From Lama guanicoe (lineage: Eukaryota), in assembly GCA_013239625.1 (NCBI GenBank), contig MU053156.1, forward strand, positions 498,467 through 547,888: DNA of 49,422 bases, written 5' to 3'. Below the pieces are notes generated by a model. That model did no database searches. It was not told the origin of the DNA and saw only the letters and a list, made by a program, of their open reading frames with translations. Made by a program: the position numbers and the translations under genes. Numbering within the stretch: the first letter of the stretch is position 1; each line of letters begins with the position of its first letter. Below, in pieces: positions 21,757 to 35,399 of the stretch.

Positions 21757-24700
21757 TTAATTAAGCAAAGGGAAAGGATCAGAGATACTGAAGACAGGGC
21801 AGTGGAACTCACACAGAGTAGCAGAAACAAACAAAAAAATTAAGTGAAGATAGCTTAAGGGCTATGGGAACAATCAAGCAAACTGACATTCACATGATAG
21901 GGACCCAGAAGGATGAGAGTGAAATAAAAGGGCAGAAAATATATTTGAAGAAATGATGGCCTAAAACATCCTTAATCTGGGGAAGGAAACAAACATTCAG
22001 ATCCAGGAAGCCCAGGGAGATCCAAACAAAATGAACCCCAAAAATTTTACACCAAGAAACACTATAATTAAATTGTCAGAATTTAAAGATAGGCAATCTT
22101 AAATGAGCAAGACAAAAACAACTTTTTATGTACAAGAGAACTCCTATAAGACTATCATCAAATTTTTCAGACCAGAAGGGAGTGGCAGAATTTATTCAAA
22201 GTGCTGAAAGGAAAAAAATTCCAACCAAGAATACGCTACACAGCAAAGTTATCATTCAGAATTGAAGGAACGATAAAGAGCTTTGCAGACAAGCAAAACT
22301 AAAGAGTCATCTCCAGTAAACCACCCTTATAAGAAACTTTAAAGGGTCTTCTTCAAGCTGAAAAGAAAGGTTGATAATTTGTAATAAAAAAAATACAAAA
22401 GTATAACTCTCACTGGTAATGACAAATACATGGTAGAGATAGTGGATTAATCACATATGAAGCTGGTGTGAAGAGTAAAAGGAAGAAGTGAAAATAACGA
22501 TAAGTACACTAATTAGTTAAGTGACACACAAAATGAAAAGATATAAAATGTGATACAAAAAATGTAGCAGAGGATGTAAAAATACTGAGTTTTAGAATGT
22601 TTAAAGTTGTTATTATCAACATGAAATAGACTGTTACAAATATAGGTTGTTATATGTAGGCCTCACAGCAACCACAAAGCAAAAAATCTACAGGAGACAC
22701 ACAAAAGATAATCAAAAAGGAATCTAAGTGTCACACTAAGTAAAGTCACCAAACCACGAAGAAGAGAGCAAGAGAAAAAGAAACAGAGAAACTACAAAAC
22801 AGCCAGAAAAAAATGAACAAAATGGTAGTAAGTACATACTTCTCAGTAATTACTTTAAATGAAAATGGACAAAATTCTCCAATCAAAAGACATAAAGTGG
22901 CTGCATGGATAAAAAACGAGACCCACCTATACGCCGTCTACAAGACACTCACTTCAGATATAAGGACAAACACAGACTGAAAGCAAAGGGATGGAATAAG
23001 ATGTTCCATGCAAATGGAAACCAAAGAAAGTTGTATAGCTATACTTACAACAGACAAAATAGACTTTAAAACAAATGCTATAACAAAAGACAAAGAGGGG
23101 AATTCAATAATGATGAAGGGGTCAATCCAACAAGAAGACATAACATTTATAAATAATTATGCATCCAATATGGGAGCACCTAAATATATATAGCAAATAT
23201 TAACAGACCTAAAGGGAGAGATAGAGAGCAATATAGTAACTCTTGGGAAATTCAATATCACACTTACATTAATGGATAGATCACCCAGGCAAAAAAAATC
23301 AGTAAGGAACATCAGCCTTACGTGACACATTAGATCAGATTCACTTTAATAGCAGAACACTCCATCCAAAAGCAACAGAATACACATTCTTCTCAAGTTT
23401 TCATGGAATATTGTCCAGGACAGATCATATATCAGACCACAAAAAAGGTCTTAATATATTTTAAAAGACTAAATCATATCAAGCATCTTTTCCAACCACA
23501 ATGATATGAAACCAAAAGAAAACTGGAAAAATCACAAATATTTGGAAATTAAACAACAGGTACTGAACAATCAATGGGTCAATAAAGAAATATTAAAAAT
23601 ACCTGAGACAAATGGAAACACAACATACCAACATTTATGGGATGCATCAAAAACAGCTCGAAGAAGGAAGTTCATAGTGACACAGGCCCATCTCAAGAAA
23701 CAAGAAAAATCTCAATTCACCTAGCTAACCTTACGCCTCGAGAAAATAGGAAAAGAAGAACCAACGAAACCTAAAGTTAGTAAAAGGAAGGAAAAACAGA
23801 AATCAGTGTGGAAATAAGTGAAATGGAGACTAAAAAGATCAATGAAATTTAGAGCTGGGTCTTTGAAAAGCTAAACCAAACTGATAAACTTTACCTAGAC
23901 TCACCACAAAAAAAAAAAAAAGATAGAGACAGAATCAAATAAAATCAGAAATGAACGAAGAGATTACAACTGACACCACAGAAATACAAATGACCATATG
24001 AGACACTGTGGATAATTACATACCAATAAATTGGATAACCTAGGAGAAATGGATAAATTCTTAAAAACATACAATCTTCCCAGACTGAACCATGAAGAAA
24101 TAGAAATTATGAATAAACTAGTAAGGAGATTGAATCACTATTCCAAAACACCCCCCCAAAATAGAAGTCCAGGACAAGATGACCTCACTGGTGAAGCCAA
24201 ACATTTAAAAGAATTAATAACTATCCTTCTCAAACTCTTCCATAACACTGAGGAGGAGAGAATGATTCCAAACTCACTTTACAAGGCAGGATGACCCTGA
24301 TACCAAAACCAGACAAAGATATCACACAAAAAAAGAAAATTACATGCCAATATTGACGATAACATAGATGCAAAATCCTCGACAAAACATTAGCAAACCA
24401 AATTCAACAATATATTACAAAATTGTGCACCACGACCCAGTGGAATTTATTCCAGGGTCGCATTGATGGTTCGACATGAGCAAATCAATCAGTGTGATCC
24501 AGGACATTGACAAAATGAAGGCCAAAAATTGTATGATCATCTCTACAGATGCAGAAAAAAGCATTTGACAAAATTTAACATCCATTTAAGATAAAAACAC
24601 TCAACAAAGTGAATGAAGCTAAACTATACTATACACAAAAATCAACTCAAAATGGATTTAAGACTTGAAAGTAAGATGTGAAACCATAAAACTCCTAGAA

Positions 24701-24958
24701 GAAAACATACATGGTGAGATTTTTTACATTGATCTTGGCAATGAATTCTTGGATCTGACCCAAAAATAAGTGAAACAAATGCAAAAATAAACAAATGGGG
24801 CTACACCAAACTAAAAGCTTCTGTACAGCAAAGGAAACATCAACAAAATGAAAAGACAGGGAGAAATAAATGGGAGAAAATATTTGCAAATCATATATAC
24901 AATACAGGGCTAATATCCAAAATACATAAAGAAGTCATACAACTCAATAGCAAAAAAA

Positions 24959-25112
24959 GGAGGGGAAGGTACAGCTCAATGATAGAGCATATGCTTAATA
25001 TGCACAAAGTCCTGGGTTCAATCCCCAGTACCTGCATTTAAGTAAATAAATAAAATAAACAAAAACTTAATTATCTCCCCCCACAAAAAAGAGTGATTAA
25101 GTAAATAAAATT
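24959..25112 (+). mobile_element. vic-1-like tRNA-derived SINE inside L1 ORF2
   Basis: ggaaggtacagctcaatgatagag...cctgggttcaatccccagtacc followed by an A-rich tail. Confidence 0.85.
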
Positions 25113-25554
25113 AAAAATGTTTTAAAGTGTGCAGAGGATCTGAACATTTTTCCAAAGAAGACATACAGATGGCCAACAGGCACATGAAAAGATGTTCAAC
25201 ATCACTAATCAAGGAGATGCAAATGAAAACCACAATGAGATACCACCTCATATCAGTTATAATGACTGTAATTAAAAAAAAAATGTTGATGTGGAGAAAA
25301 AGGAACCCTTGTGCACTGTTAGTGAGAATGTACATTAGTGCAGCCACTGTGAAAAACAACATGGACGTCTCTCAAAAAATGTAAAATAGAGCTACCATAT
25401 AGTCCATTAATTCTACTTCTGGGTATTTATCCAAAGAAAATGAAAACACTGATTTGAAAAGATATTCACACCCATGTTTACTGTAGCACTGTTTACATTA
25501 GCCAAGATATGGAAACAACCTAAGTATCCATTGATGGATGAATGGATACAGAAG

Positions 25555-25637
25555 TATATGACTGAGATATTATGTTCTATGCCAGAAACTGACACAACAC
25601 TGTAAACTGACTATACTTCAATAACAAATTTAAAAAC
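25555..25637 (+). mobile_element. Very short young L1 3' tip nested in the old L1
   Basis: ccagaaactgacacaacactgtaaactgactatacttcaataa is the same terminus as at 12.93-12.97 kb. Confidence 0.75.
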
Positions 25638-26489
25638 AAGATATATATGTAAATGTATATATGTAAGGTATGTATGTAAATATATTATATGTATATAATG
25701 GAATACTACTCAGCTATGAAAAGAATAGAGTCTTGCCATTTGCAACTACATGGATGCACTTTGAAGGCATTATACCAAGTAAACTATATTAGACAAAGAA
25801 GGACAAATATTGTGTGATTTCATTGATATGTGGAATCTAAAACAGCAAAACAAACAAATCAAAACCAGAAAAAACAAAAACCAAGTTCATAGATAGAAAA
25901 AACAAACCACTGGTTGCCAGGGATGGGGGCATTGGGTGAAATGGGGGAAAGGGATGAAAAGGTGCAAATTTCTGGGGACAAAAATAAATAAGCAATAGGG
26001 ACGTAATGTACAGCATGGTGATTATAATTTATAATACTGTATTGAATATTTGAAGGTTGCTAAAAGATTAAATCTTAACAGTTCTCCCCAAAAACAAATT
26101 AAAATTAAAAAATAAAATCATTATTCTGAGAAGAGGCTCTTAGGTTATACCAGATTTTACGAAAGGGCCCATGGTGGAAAACAGTGAACACCTGCCTTGG
26201 CCTGGAGGGAGCCAACATCTAGGCTCTGCTAAGAACTCTATGGTGGCAGAGACCAAAGTAAAGAAGCCACAGTGTGAGTAACTGGGAAACAGCCCTTAAA
26301 TAAGGATAGGAACAGATATACCAAATGATTATAAAATCTTGAGACAGATTTGAAAGGCAGGACCAAGAGGACAGAGCCTCAAACGCTGTCAGCATTTTTG
26401 GATGGGTTTCAGGTGGTACTCCTTGTAAGCAGCAACTCCATTTTTCCAGGGGTGAAGGCAAAAAATTAGTATCTTTGTGATTGCCCCTT

Positions 26490-26650
26490 CTTTTGACATC
26501 ACACAGTCAATCTACTATCAAATCCTGGCTGTTCTATTTTCAAAATACATCTAGATCCTGTTCATCTCACCCAATTCCACCACTGCTACCTGGATCCACC
26601 CCACCATCATTTCTCATTCGGATAATTAAATAGACACTTAACTTCTCTTG
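26490..26650. mobile_element. L2 fragment
   Basis: aaatcctg..ttct..caaaatacatctagatcc..ccaccactgctacc..ccaccatcatttctc is typical of L2 3' regions. Confidence 0.6.
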
Positions 26651-29324
26651 CTATTTTAGGCAAGACCGGATGCATTCATACAGTTTCAGAAGCACGTGGC
26701 AGAGGCATCGTCTTGCATAAGTCTGCAGAAGTCCTCTTATGACACATCCTTTGGGTTCAAAGGAGAAATGGAGAGATAAGGGCTCTGAACATGATGCATA
26801 AAAAGTATGTACCTCAAAATAAGTCTGCCTGGGGCTGCCAGCGTTGCAAACGTTTTAAATTGTAGTAAGTCACCACGTCTCAAATGCCACTCGTGGTGAG
26901 AGGCGACAATATGAAAAGGTAAATTTTTATCGCCCGGATATGATGAGTGTCTCAGGCTGGAAGAGGTCTCCCGGGAGTTTGCTGGCCAGATGTCAGCCTC
27001 AGACAACTGGCTTAAGCCTGACCGCGCCTAGAGCAGCGGGAATCAGGTTTCCCGTGTCTGCCCTCCTTTCCTTCAGATATCGCTGTCCTCTCTGCTTTGC
27101 CAACGTTAAGTAATGGGTTCTGGCAACATGCGTCTGCCCGGGACTACTTCATGAGGCATTGGCAACGTGTGTTTCAGTTTGAAATGTCATGAGTGAGCGT
27201 CACTGTGTGATAATTATGTGAGAGCTGGGAAGCCCTTAACAGTGAGGCACATCAGAGCCCGGAAGGACCTGTACCCGTTCCAGGGAACTTCAGCCTGGGT
27301 GCAGCAACCAAAGCACTCTGGACCCAATTTGGGATGGGAATAGAGGAGGGCGTGAGGTTTCAGTCTTGAATGCAGAGTGGTCTTGGAATCTTTTAAAATC
27401 ACATACTGTTTAGGCATATTTCTGAATCTTCTGATACAGAACATTCACCCGACAGCCTTCCGGGGGCACTCCATAAAGGTGTGGTGTGCTGGAGGTGGCC
27501 TCGGGAAGGCGGGGGCAGGACTTCCCGGCGGGATGCTGATCATCTTTCCAAAGGAGGACAGACATGCCTCTGGGTAACCAAGGGTTTAATGATCAAGTCC
27601 AATGGGTTAAGAAGTGAAAAAGCTAAGCAGTGTTAGTACAGAACTGTTGTGGTTTCATACGGAAGGATTACTGCTAAATACTGCTCATCTCTTGTCTTAT
27701 TCCCTAGCCTTTCCCGCAAAATTGTAATAAATTATCTGACTGTGAGTGTGAGAACAGGATTCAGTATTCAATCCATTTCCTTTCTTCCCGTTCCACATGG
27801 CAGAGCAGAGTGGAGTCTCTCTATAGACCATAAATCTTCCTAGAGAAGTACTGGCAGTGACAAGGTGGGTAAGGAAAGCTGGAAGGCATGTTTTTGCTTT
27901 ATCCATAATTAAAGGGGCATTTGATTCCTGCTCGCTAGACTCATTTTTCATTTGGTTCAAAACTCAGGTAGAAAAAGCTAGCTGTTATATACTGGACGCT
28001 CGCAAACTCTGTACATTAGCTGTTTGATAAACAACTCCTTTAAACAATCCAAGAAAGAAAGTAGTATGTGTCCAAGAAATGTTGGCATGAATAAAGAGCT
28101 GTGATGGCTGAGAGTGAAGCAGATCCTCTTGGTTGCTTCATGGACAGAAAATGTTACTGAGGGAGTAAAACACGAAGTAGTCCTTGAAGAGAGGAAGAAT
28201 TTACACATGAGGAACGAGGGGAAGAAACAACCACATACAAGCAGTAGCATCCAAGCACCTGAACAAAAGCTTGAAGACATGAGCTTACGGGGAATACCTC
28301 ACTATGGAGCAAAATACAGTTAAGTTTGATTAACACACAGCAGGGTCTGGAAAACCAGCTCAGCCTAAGGACACTGAAGTTTGCTCAATGAAAAATAAGG
28401 AACCACTAAGGACACATCAACTGTCTCAAATGTAGTCAGAGTTTATCTTTGGATATCTGTGAAATGTTAAAGGAAGTCCTTATGAGAATGTATTTACTGG
28501 ACATGCATAGTGAAGCTGGAATAATATAAACAAAAATAACATGGCTCATGTTTAAAGGTACTGAAATTCATAAAACTGTGTTGTTTTAATATAGAATGAT
28601 CAATTTCATACAACTGAATATTATGTAGCCATTAAGATGGTGGCAGAAGAAAATGCTGAAGATATGATAAATATTAAAAGCTGATTAAAATATTAATTAG
28701 AGTAGAATCTCAGTTTTTTGAAAGAAAAGAGAAGAAAGAAAATACATGTATATGTGTATATAAATGCAACAATTGAATATGGAAAAATATAAGATGATTT
28801 TTTCTGGGGTTAATCTTATGATCAGTTTCTTCTGTTGTTTTCAAATTCCCCATGAGTTCATAACGCTGGAACAGCTTGTGCAACACTCTTCAAGGCACAA
28901 AGAACTACTAGTTTAAGAGCCATTTTTATATCTGATTTTGGATGCCAGTTGATGCCTTTCTTACTACTATATATTTCTAGCAACTCCTGTAGGTATATAT
29001 TAGTGATCGTAGTAGAAAAATGATGGCTTACATGCATTTATGCAGTGCTTTATAACTGATACACATTTTCAGGTGGCACACAATGACTCCTAGGCCACTG
29101 TGTATATTTGGCTCCATGCCAATAACCAACCATGTGCTTGAAGAAATTGTATTCCAGAGAAAAATTCACATCTCATACAAATACTTCCTTTCATGTACCT
29201 GTGAAACGTGGGCTTTCCCAGAGATCATGGCCCAATGGATTTTATCCGTGTAAGTTAAGAACCCTGTTAATATCAAATTATTGCTAAGTCCTTGAAAGTA
29301 ACAAGGAATATGGTGCAAAGGGCA

Positions 29325-29535
29325 AGGCTCTGGGGATAGAAATATAGAGATTAAATATGAATCTAGATATTTCTAACTTTTGATAGCTGTATGACTTCGG
29401 GCAACTTCTCTGAGCTTCAGTTTTCTCATCCATAAAAATGTGGGGAATAATTCCTATTTTATAGGATTTGTGTGTAGATTGAATTAAGTGTTATAAGCAA
29501 AATATTTAGCACAACTTAGGAGCTCAAACAAACCA
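29325..29535 (+). mobile_element. MIR
   Basis: Core gctgtatgacttcgggcaac..ctctgagcttcagttttctcatccataaaa. Confidence 0.75.
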
Positions 29536-30089
29536 TTTCTATTCCCTTATTCTGCTGAGAATAGAGACTGATTTAGAAAATCTATACCTGACAGCTCATT
29601 GATTAAAAGAAACACCCCAAATCTGTAAACTGGGCCATTAAAACAACAAGGCAATGATATAAATACAATTATTTTTATTGAAGGAGCCAAACTGGTTATA
29701 ACCTTTGGAATTCCCACATGCCTGTTTTTAACCAATATTGATATACAGTCATACAAAAAGTATTGTGTCATTTTAGGGTCCTGATTAATCTTTCTATCTC
29801 TAATTAAGGGGAAAAGATTTTATTTGTGCCCAAGCACCCTATTGCTTAAGGATGATGAAATGATGCCAAACGTTGAACTGAAAAATGTAAAATTTAAATA
29901 TTCAGATGGTTGCCAATATCCTTAGAAGTCTTGAGTGTTAATTAAACACCTGGAGGCTTAATAGGATTTCTTTTCTTTTCTTCCTATTTGGTCTGAAATT
30001 TTGGTCCACATACCAATAAACTTGAGTTTAACTATGATCTGTTTTGATGAATAGTGTTCTAACATGCTGTTTTCTGGCTTAAAAGAAAA

Positions 30090-30640
30090 TTTAACACCAT
30101 TGATTTTTGAAAATCAGTTATTACGGATAAAGATCCTTGGTTGATAGATGTAGTTTTACCTTTAGCACTTTGACTATGTCACCCGACTTCCTTGTGACCT
30201 TTCTTGTTTCTGATGAGAAAACAGCCACTGAACTTAAAGAGAGACTCTTTATACGAGATGACTTGTTTTTCTCTTACTACTTTCAAGCTTTTCACTGTAT
30301 CCTGGGCTTTTAACACTTTGACTTCACTCTCCCATGGCAGAGCAGCCAGGGGAGAGCGCTCCCGTGAGGTGGGGACAGAGGCAGAAGGACAGGTTGTGGC
30401 TCAAACACCAGACTTCACGATTCTCAGTGATGTGGGAGGTTTTTCTTGGGTGACCGTTTCTTCCTTTGCTACATGTCCTTGTGAGAACCTCCAGGGGTGT
30501 CAAATGCCTGATTTCTTTAATACCTCTATCAAGTGAAATTGTTGTTTTAGGGGGAGGGGGTCTGCCAAGCTCATCGTTCTGCCATTCTGGAAACCCCAGC
30601 TCCCATGATATGGCCTCTTCCTTGTGAAGGAGAAACAGAC
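30090..30640 (-). mobile_element. Old L1 fragments (ORF1 / 5' region)
   Basis: ctttagcactttgactatgtca…gtttctgatgagaaa…ctttcaag resembles antisense L1 ORF1. Confidence 0.55.
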
Positions 30641-30924
30641 CACGAGCCATAGTGTGTCGTGTGACATATCATGTCATTAGTTTTGCATTGAGTTTTTTTC
30701 CTGCTATTGACGTGTGATCGCATTAGGCCTTGCTTTATTTTGGTTCATGTTAATAGCTCACACTCCTGAATTTTTTTTCTCTCTGAGTTATATCTAGAAT
30801 CTATCATTGGCAAGACTTCTCACTTTCTTCTGCCAAGACTGTAATTGCTATGCCTTCCTCGCTAGCTTCCGCCCCCCTAAGAGAGCGGTGAGTCCTGCTC
30901 ACACTCCCCGTCTGCACAACTCAG

Positions 30925-31095
30925 CTTCGCTGTGTAGACACAGTGTGATCTTTGGAAATCTATTAGCTTCTCTAAAAATAGATGTCTTCACCTGCAAAGT
31001 GGAGTTGATATTACTGATAGCTACAAGGATTACTGTGAGGATGAAATGAGGTGAAGTGTTTAGATCATGTCTCGCACACAGAAAGTATCACTAAG
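30925..31095 (+). mobile_element. MIR
   Basis: gtgtgatctttggaaa…cttcacctgcaaagtggag…tgtgaggatgaaatgag. Confidence 0.65.
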
Positions 31096-32549
31096 CATAT
31101 ACGAAGCCCTTAGTCAGGTCTGGATGCTGAGATGGACAAGAATGTGATACATCATCATGGGGGGGGCTATTTCCTATAAAAACAAATGATTTAATCATAG
31201 AAGCACATGTGCTTAAAACATACCCATCTCTACACATAATTATGTACAATGAGAAAAAGGTAAAACTAAAAATCAATGACTGAAATAGTCACTATGGTAG
31301 ATTAAACTGGTTTTAGACTTATTACACAAAACGTGGCTGTTTTTTCATCGTCTTTCAACTTGAAATATCTCGAATGCATACACAACTTTTCCTCCATCTG
31401 TTACCAGCCTATTCTCAAGCCGATGTTAATTAAACAATCTTATCTGTTGTCAGCATATATCAGAAGAAGAAATTACTTCTGATTTTGTCAAGAAAAGTTT
31501 TATCCAGGCTTCCCAGGTCTGAACCCCTACCATGCCCTCTGTATTGCCATCTCCATGATGTAATCAGACATTTTATTTGTTGAATCAACTGGGTACATGA
31601 AGTACTTGGACACGTGTCTAAAGAATGTGCTTATACAACCTGGGTAATCACTTCAAATCAATGTTAGGTTCATATTTCTCTTTATACACTTGAAGTTCTA
31701 ATGCTTACAATATAAGCAGCAGCATACATCTCTTGGCTAGGAATCCATTCAGGTTGGTAAAGTGTGAATTTTGCTCATTATTCTTAAGTATATTTGGTGT
31801 AAAATCTTGGCGCCTCTCTCTAGCAATAAAAGGAATAACATATAATATTTCCTAATTTCTTACAAAAACAATCTGTCTAGAAATTATGCTTCCTTGTTCT
31901 TTTAATGTTTTTATGAAAGAATAGAGAAGAATATGACATAGGTCTATGACTGAGAGGTCTCAATAAATTTCATCCTTTAACTTTTCTCCCAAACTTTGAA
32001 CCAACTATGCAAGAAGAAAAGCCAGGTGAGAAAATTAAACTGTTTCTTTTAGTTTTGATAACACTGATATGGAGAGTGTGAATTATGTCTGTGGACAAGA
32101 CTGATATAAGGCACATTTGAGCCCCCAGATACTAAATGTAAGTGTTGGGCCAAAGTTGGTGGAGCCCTGGAAAACTGAAGGCTTCCTCAGTGAGGGACCT
32201 ACTCAGTGAACCTCAGGGAGGGATGGACCAGGAACAAGGCCTGGCCCCGAGAATGGAACTGGGTCTGCTCCTCTCCCGCTTCCTAAAACTAACCCGGATT
32301 CCTGCAAGTGAGACATCTACGTCCAGATCAATTGAATTTGCCCTGGTGACCAACACAGTTACTGGTTCCTGCCTAGGGCTCTATGTCACAGCCACCTACA
32401 TCCCTCATAATCAAAGGCCTTTTTCCTTATCTTATTCACCTCCTTCCCTTTTGTTAGAACTCTGTTTCTTTTTTGAAGATCTTAGCCTTTTTCAAAATGA
32501 AACTTATGTATCATATTTAAACATATAAAGATAATAAACATTTTTATAG

Positions 32550-32765
32550 ACACTTTTATAAGCATTTTCTTTTTAGGAATACACTTAATCCACAAGAAAA
32601 TAAATGTAGGCAATTGGTACTAATATTAGCCCCCTTTTACAGGTGAGGAAACTGAGGTACAGCATGGATAAGGAACTTGCACTAGGTTACACAGCTAGAA
32701 AGTATGGGGCTCAGATCAAACCATGTGCTTAGAGTTTAAGTTCTTAATCATCATCCTCTACCACC
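32550..32765 (-). mobile_element. MIR
   Basis: ccccttttacaggtgaggaaactgagg…acttgcactaggttacacagctagaaagt. Confidence 0.8.
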
Positions 32766-33595
32766 TCTCCAGAGAGACTGACAGACAGAAATAGATAGCT
32801 AACAGATGTCAGATATAAAAATATCAATTTCTTCAGAGCATCAAATCACAGTACATATTTTTTTTTGTCATTTCATGTGTTGTAGCCAAATCATTGCATT
32901 GATAAGGATTCTGGAGTAAATTGTGAGATGCAAACAGAGATGATCAAAATGGTAGGGAAGGGAATGTCTATTACTTCATTGTAGTGGGTGTGGATTTTTC
33001 CAGGAAAAGGCACTCATCTTTTCTTTGATTTCATTTTCTGACTTAATAGAATATTTCTAATTTGTATGTTACTACAGAACAAAACCATCATTGCCATTTT
33101 ATAATTTCCATAGCTGTTTTCCTATAGGTTTAACAGTAATCAGTTTTTCAAAAAATTCTATCCACAAGAAGGAAGAGTTTGGGGGGGCCTAGAAGAAGTT
33201 TGTGGTGTTAAGTGACTCTTCTGTTTATATATTCCCTCCCTTTCTATGCTTTTGCTTATGAACCTGGAACATCTTGGTACTTATGTATATATTTTAATAG
33301 CATAGTTAGAGAAAAGCTTAACTTTATTTATACAATAGTCTTTACTTCATTGGTTCTTTTCCATGTAGAACTATGATGCACTTCAGCAGAAAAATATGTG
33401 TGTGCAGTCAGGAAGCAATTTCTTGACTATTCAGTGTAAAAAAATGTAAAAAATATTTTATTCTTAATTAAATCCTTTGATTTTGTTCTGTGAGTTTTTA
33501 TGTCAGTCATCAGTAATCTCCAAAAAAAATTATACTTGCTTTCCCAACGGTCATGTTTTTAAGTAGATTAAGCCAGCTTTTATCACTTTCTTTTA

Positions 33596-34141
33596 TTTTT
33601 TTAATTTTTATTTTTTTAACTTTTTTATTGATTTATAATCATTTTACAATGTTGTGTCAAATTTCAGTGTAGAGCACAATTTTTCAGTTATACATGAACA
33701 TATATATAATTCATTGTCACATTTTTTCTCTGTGAGATCCTGTAAGATCTTGTATATATTTCCCTGTGTTATATAGTATAATCATGTTTATCTATTCTAC
33801 AATTTGAAATCCCAGTCTGTCCCCTCCCACCCCCCGCCCCCTTGGCAACCACAAGTTTGTATTCTGTCTATGAATCTGTTTCTGGTTTTTTTTTTTTTAG
33901 ATTCCACATAAGAGCAATCTCATATGGTATTTTTCTTTCTCTTTCTGGCTTACTTCACTTAGAATGACATTCTCCAGGAATATCCATGTTGCTGCAAATG
34001 GCATTATGTTGTCATTTTTCATGGCTGAATAGTATTTCATTGTATAAATATACCACATCTTCTTTATCCAGTCATCTATTGATGGACATTTAGACTGTTT
34101 CCATGTCTTGGCTATTGTAACTAGCGCTGCTATGAACATTG
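33596..34141 (-). mobile_element. Young 5'-truncated L1
   Basis: ORF2 end [15 protein letters not shown]…[14 protein letters not shown]-rich tail on +, 15-bp TSD tatcactt(t/c)ctttta at 33581 and 34142. Confidence 0.93.
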
Positions 34142-35399
34142 TATCACTTCCTTTTAAGTGAATCTTGCAGGATGCAATCATAAACAGCTTTGAGAAGTTG
34201 ATATTGCTTTAGGCCATTTATTAGAAACTAATAGTAAACCTAGATATTAGATTTTTTTGAAAGTTACTAAAGCTAATTAGTCTTAATTTGAGTCTTAGGA
34301 GTTTTTGAACTGTGTGTTGTAAGAATTGATAAATTTAATTGCCTTCTAAAACTCCCACAGGAAGTATATATCTTCCATGAAAAATTAATAAAACCCAGAG
34401 AACTAATAATTTACCATCTGTCTGTTTAGGAAAATGTGAGAATGAAGAGTGTTTTCCCTCCAGTGTATGAAAATTTTGAACAAGAATATCCTGTTACTAG
34501 GAAGCAGTGAGTTTTTAAACTATATCACGTCTACCTCAGTTGTCAGGTTTTCCCCACATGCTGACAACTTAGATCTTTCTTGACAAAAACAGAAATAGTA
34601 CACTTGTGACTAAACAAAATTAGCCTTGAGAAATGATTATATCTTCTTAGCCACTAAATACAAAATTCAGTACTTATCTATCTACTTTGGGGTCAAAAAG
34701 GAAATAAACATTCTGAAGTCACACAAGTTTCAGATAAATGAAGACAGATATAAGATGGCAAGTCACTCTGGCCATTTGTCGAAAAGGTGTTCCTACCCGA
34801 GCTGGAAACAAATAGAAATTCATTCCTAGATAGCTTGAAAAAGACAAGTTACCTAGAATTTATGGGAGAGTAATTTCTTTCCTTGAAGTCATGATAATGA
34901 ATCTCCATTATCCAACATTTTTAGTTTACCCATGGTCCTCAGAAACGGGAACAAGGATTATAGGTGCCAATGAAAAATAGTTCCCATCTTCTTTCTTTGA
35001 TTCTCTTATGTACTAGGAAATGGGACTCTCCTTGTGTTCACATTTGCTGAGTATAAAATTTTAGAGACATTATTTCTAAAAGTCATTCCCTAATCTATCA
35101 TTATTAAGTTCTGGAGTAAGTAATTAAAAAGATAAGCAGTTCTCAACTTAAAAGCACATTATGGCTCCAAACATCCTTTGATTTTGCTTTACTTAAAAAT
35201 TTAAATATACTTTCTTATAGAAATAATATTATAAATGTTACCCACTTCTCAATTAAAATCATAAAGTTTTACTCCATAAGATAGCCAAACAATAAATACA
35301 CAGATTTATAATATCAATAATGTAACTTACATTCATCATCTTATGTTACATTCTTTTTTTTTTCCTACTAGCACAGCCCAGGACTTCTTTTAAATAAAT

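Larger units (their letters stand above)
17670..26120 (+). mobile_element. Old near full-length L1 (L1MA9-like), interrupted by several insertions and missing part of ORF2
   Basis: GC-rich, internally repeated 5' region (17.7-18.48 kb); ORF1 start atgaaacagaggaatatgttcc near 19458; ORF1 resumes near 21760; endonuclease peptides (KIDFKTNAITKDKEG..MMKGSIQQEDIT); MDKFLKTYNLPRLN; 3' end near 26120. Subfamily is a guess. Confidence 0.85.
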
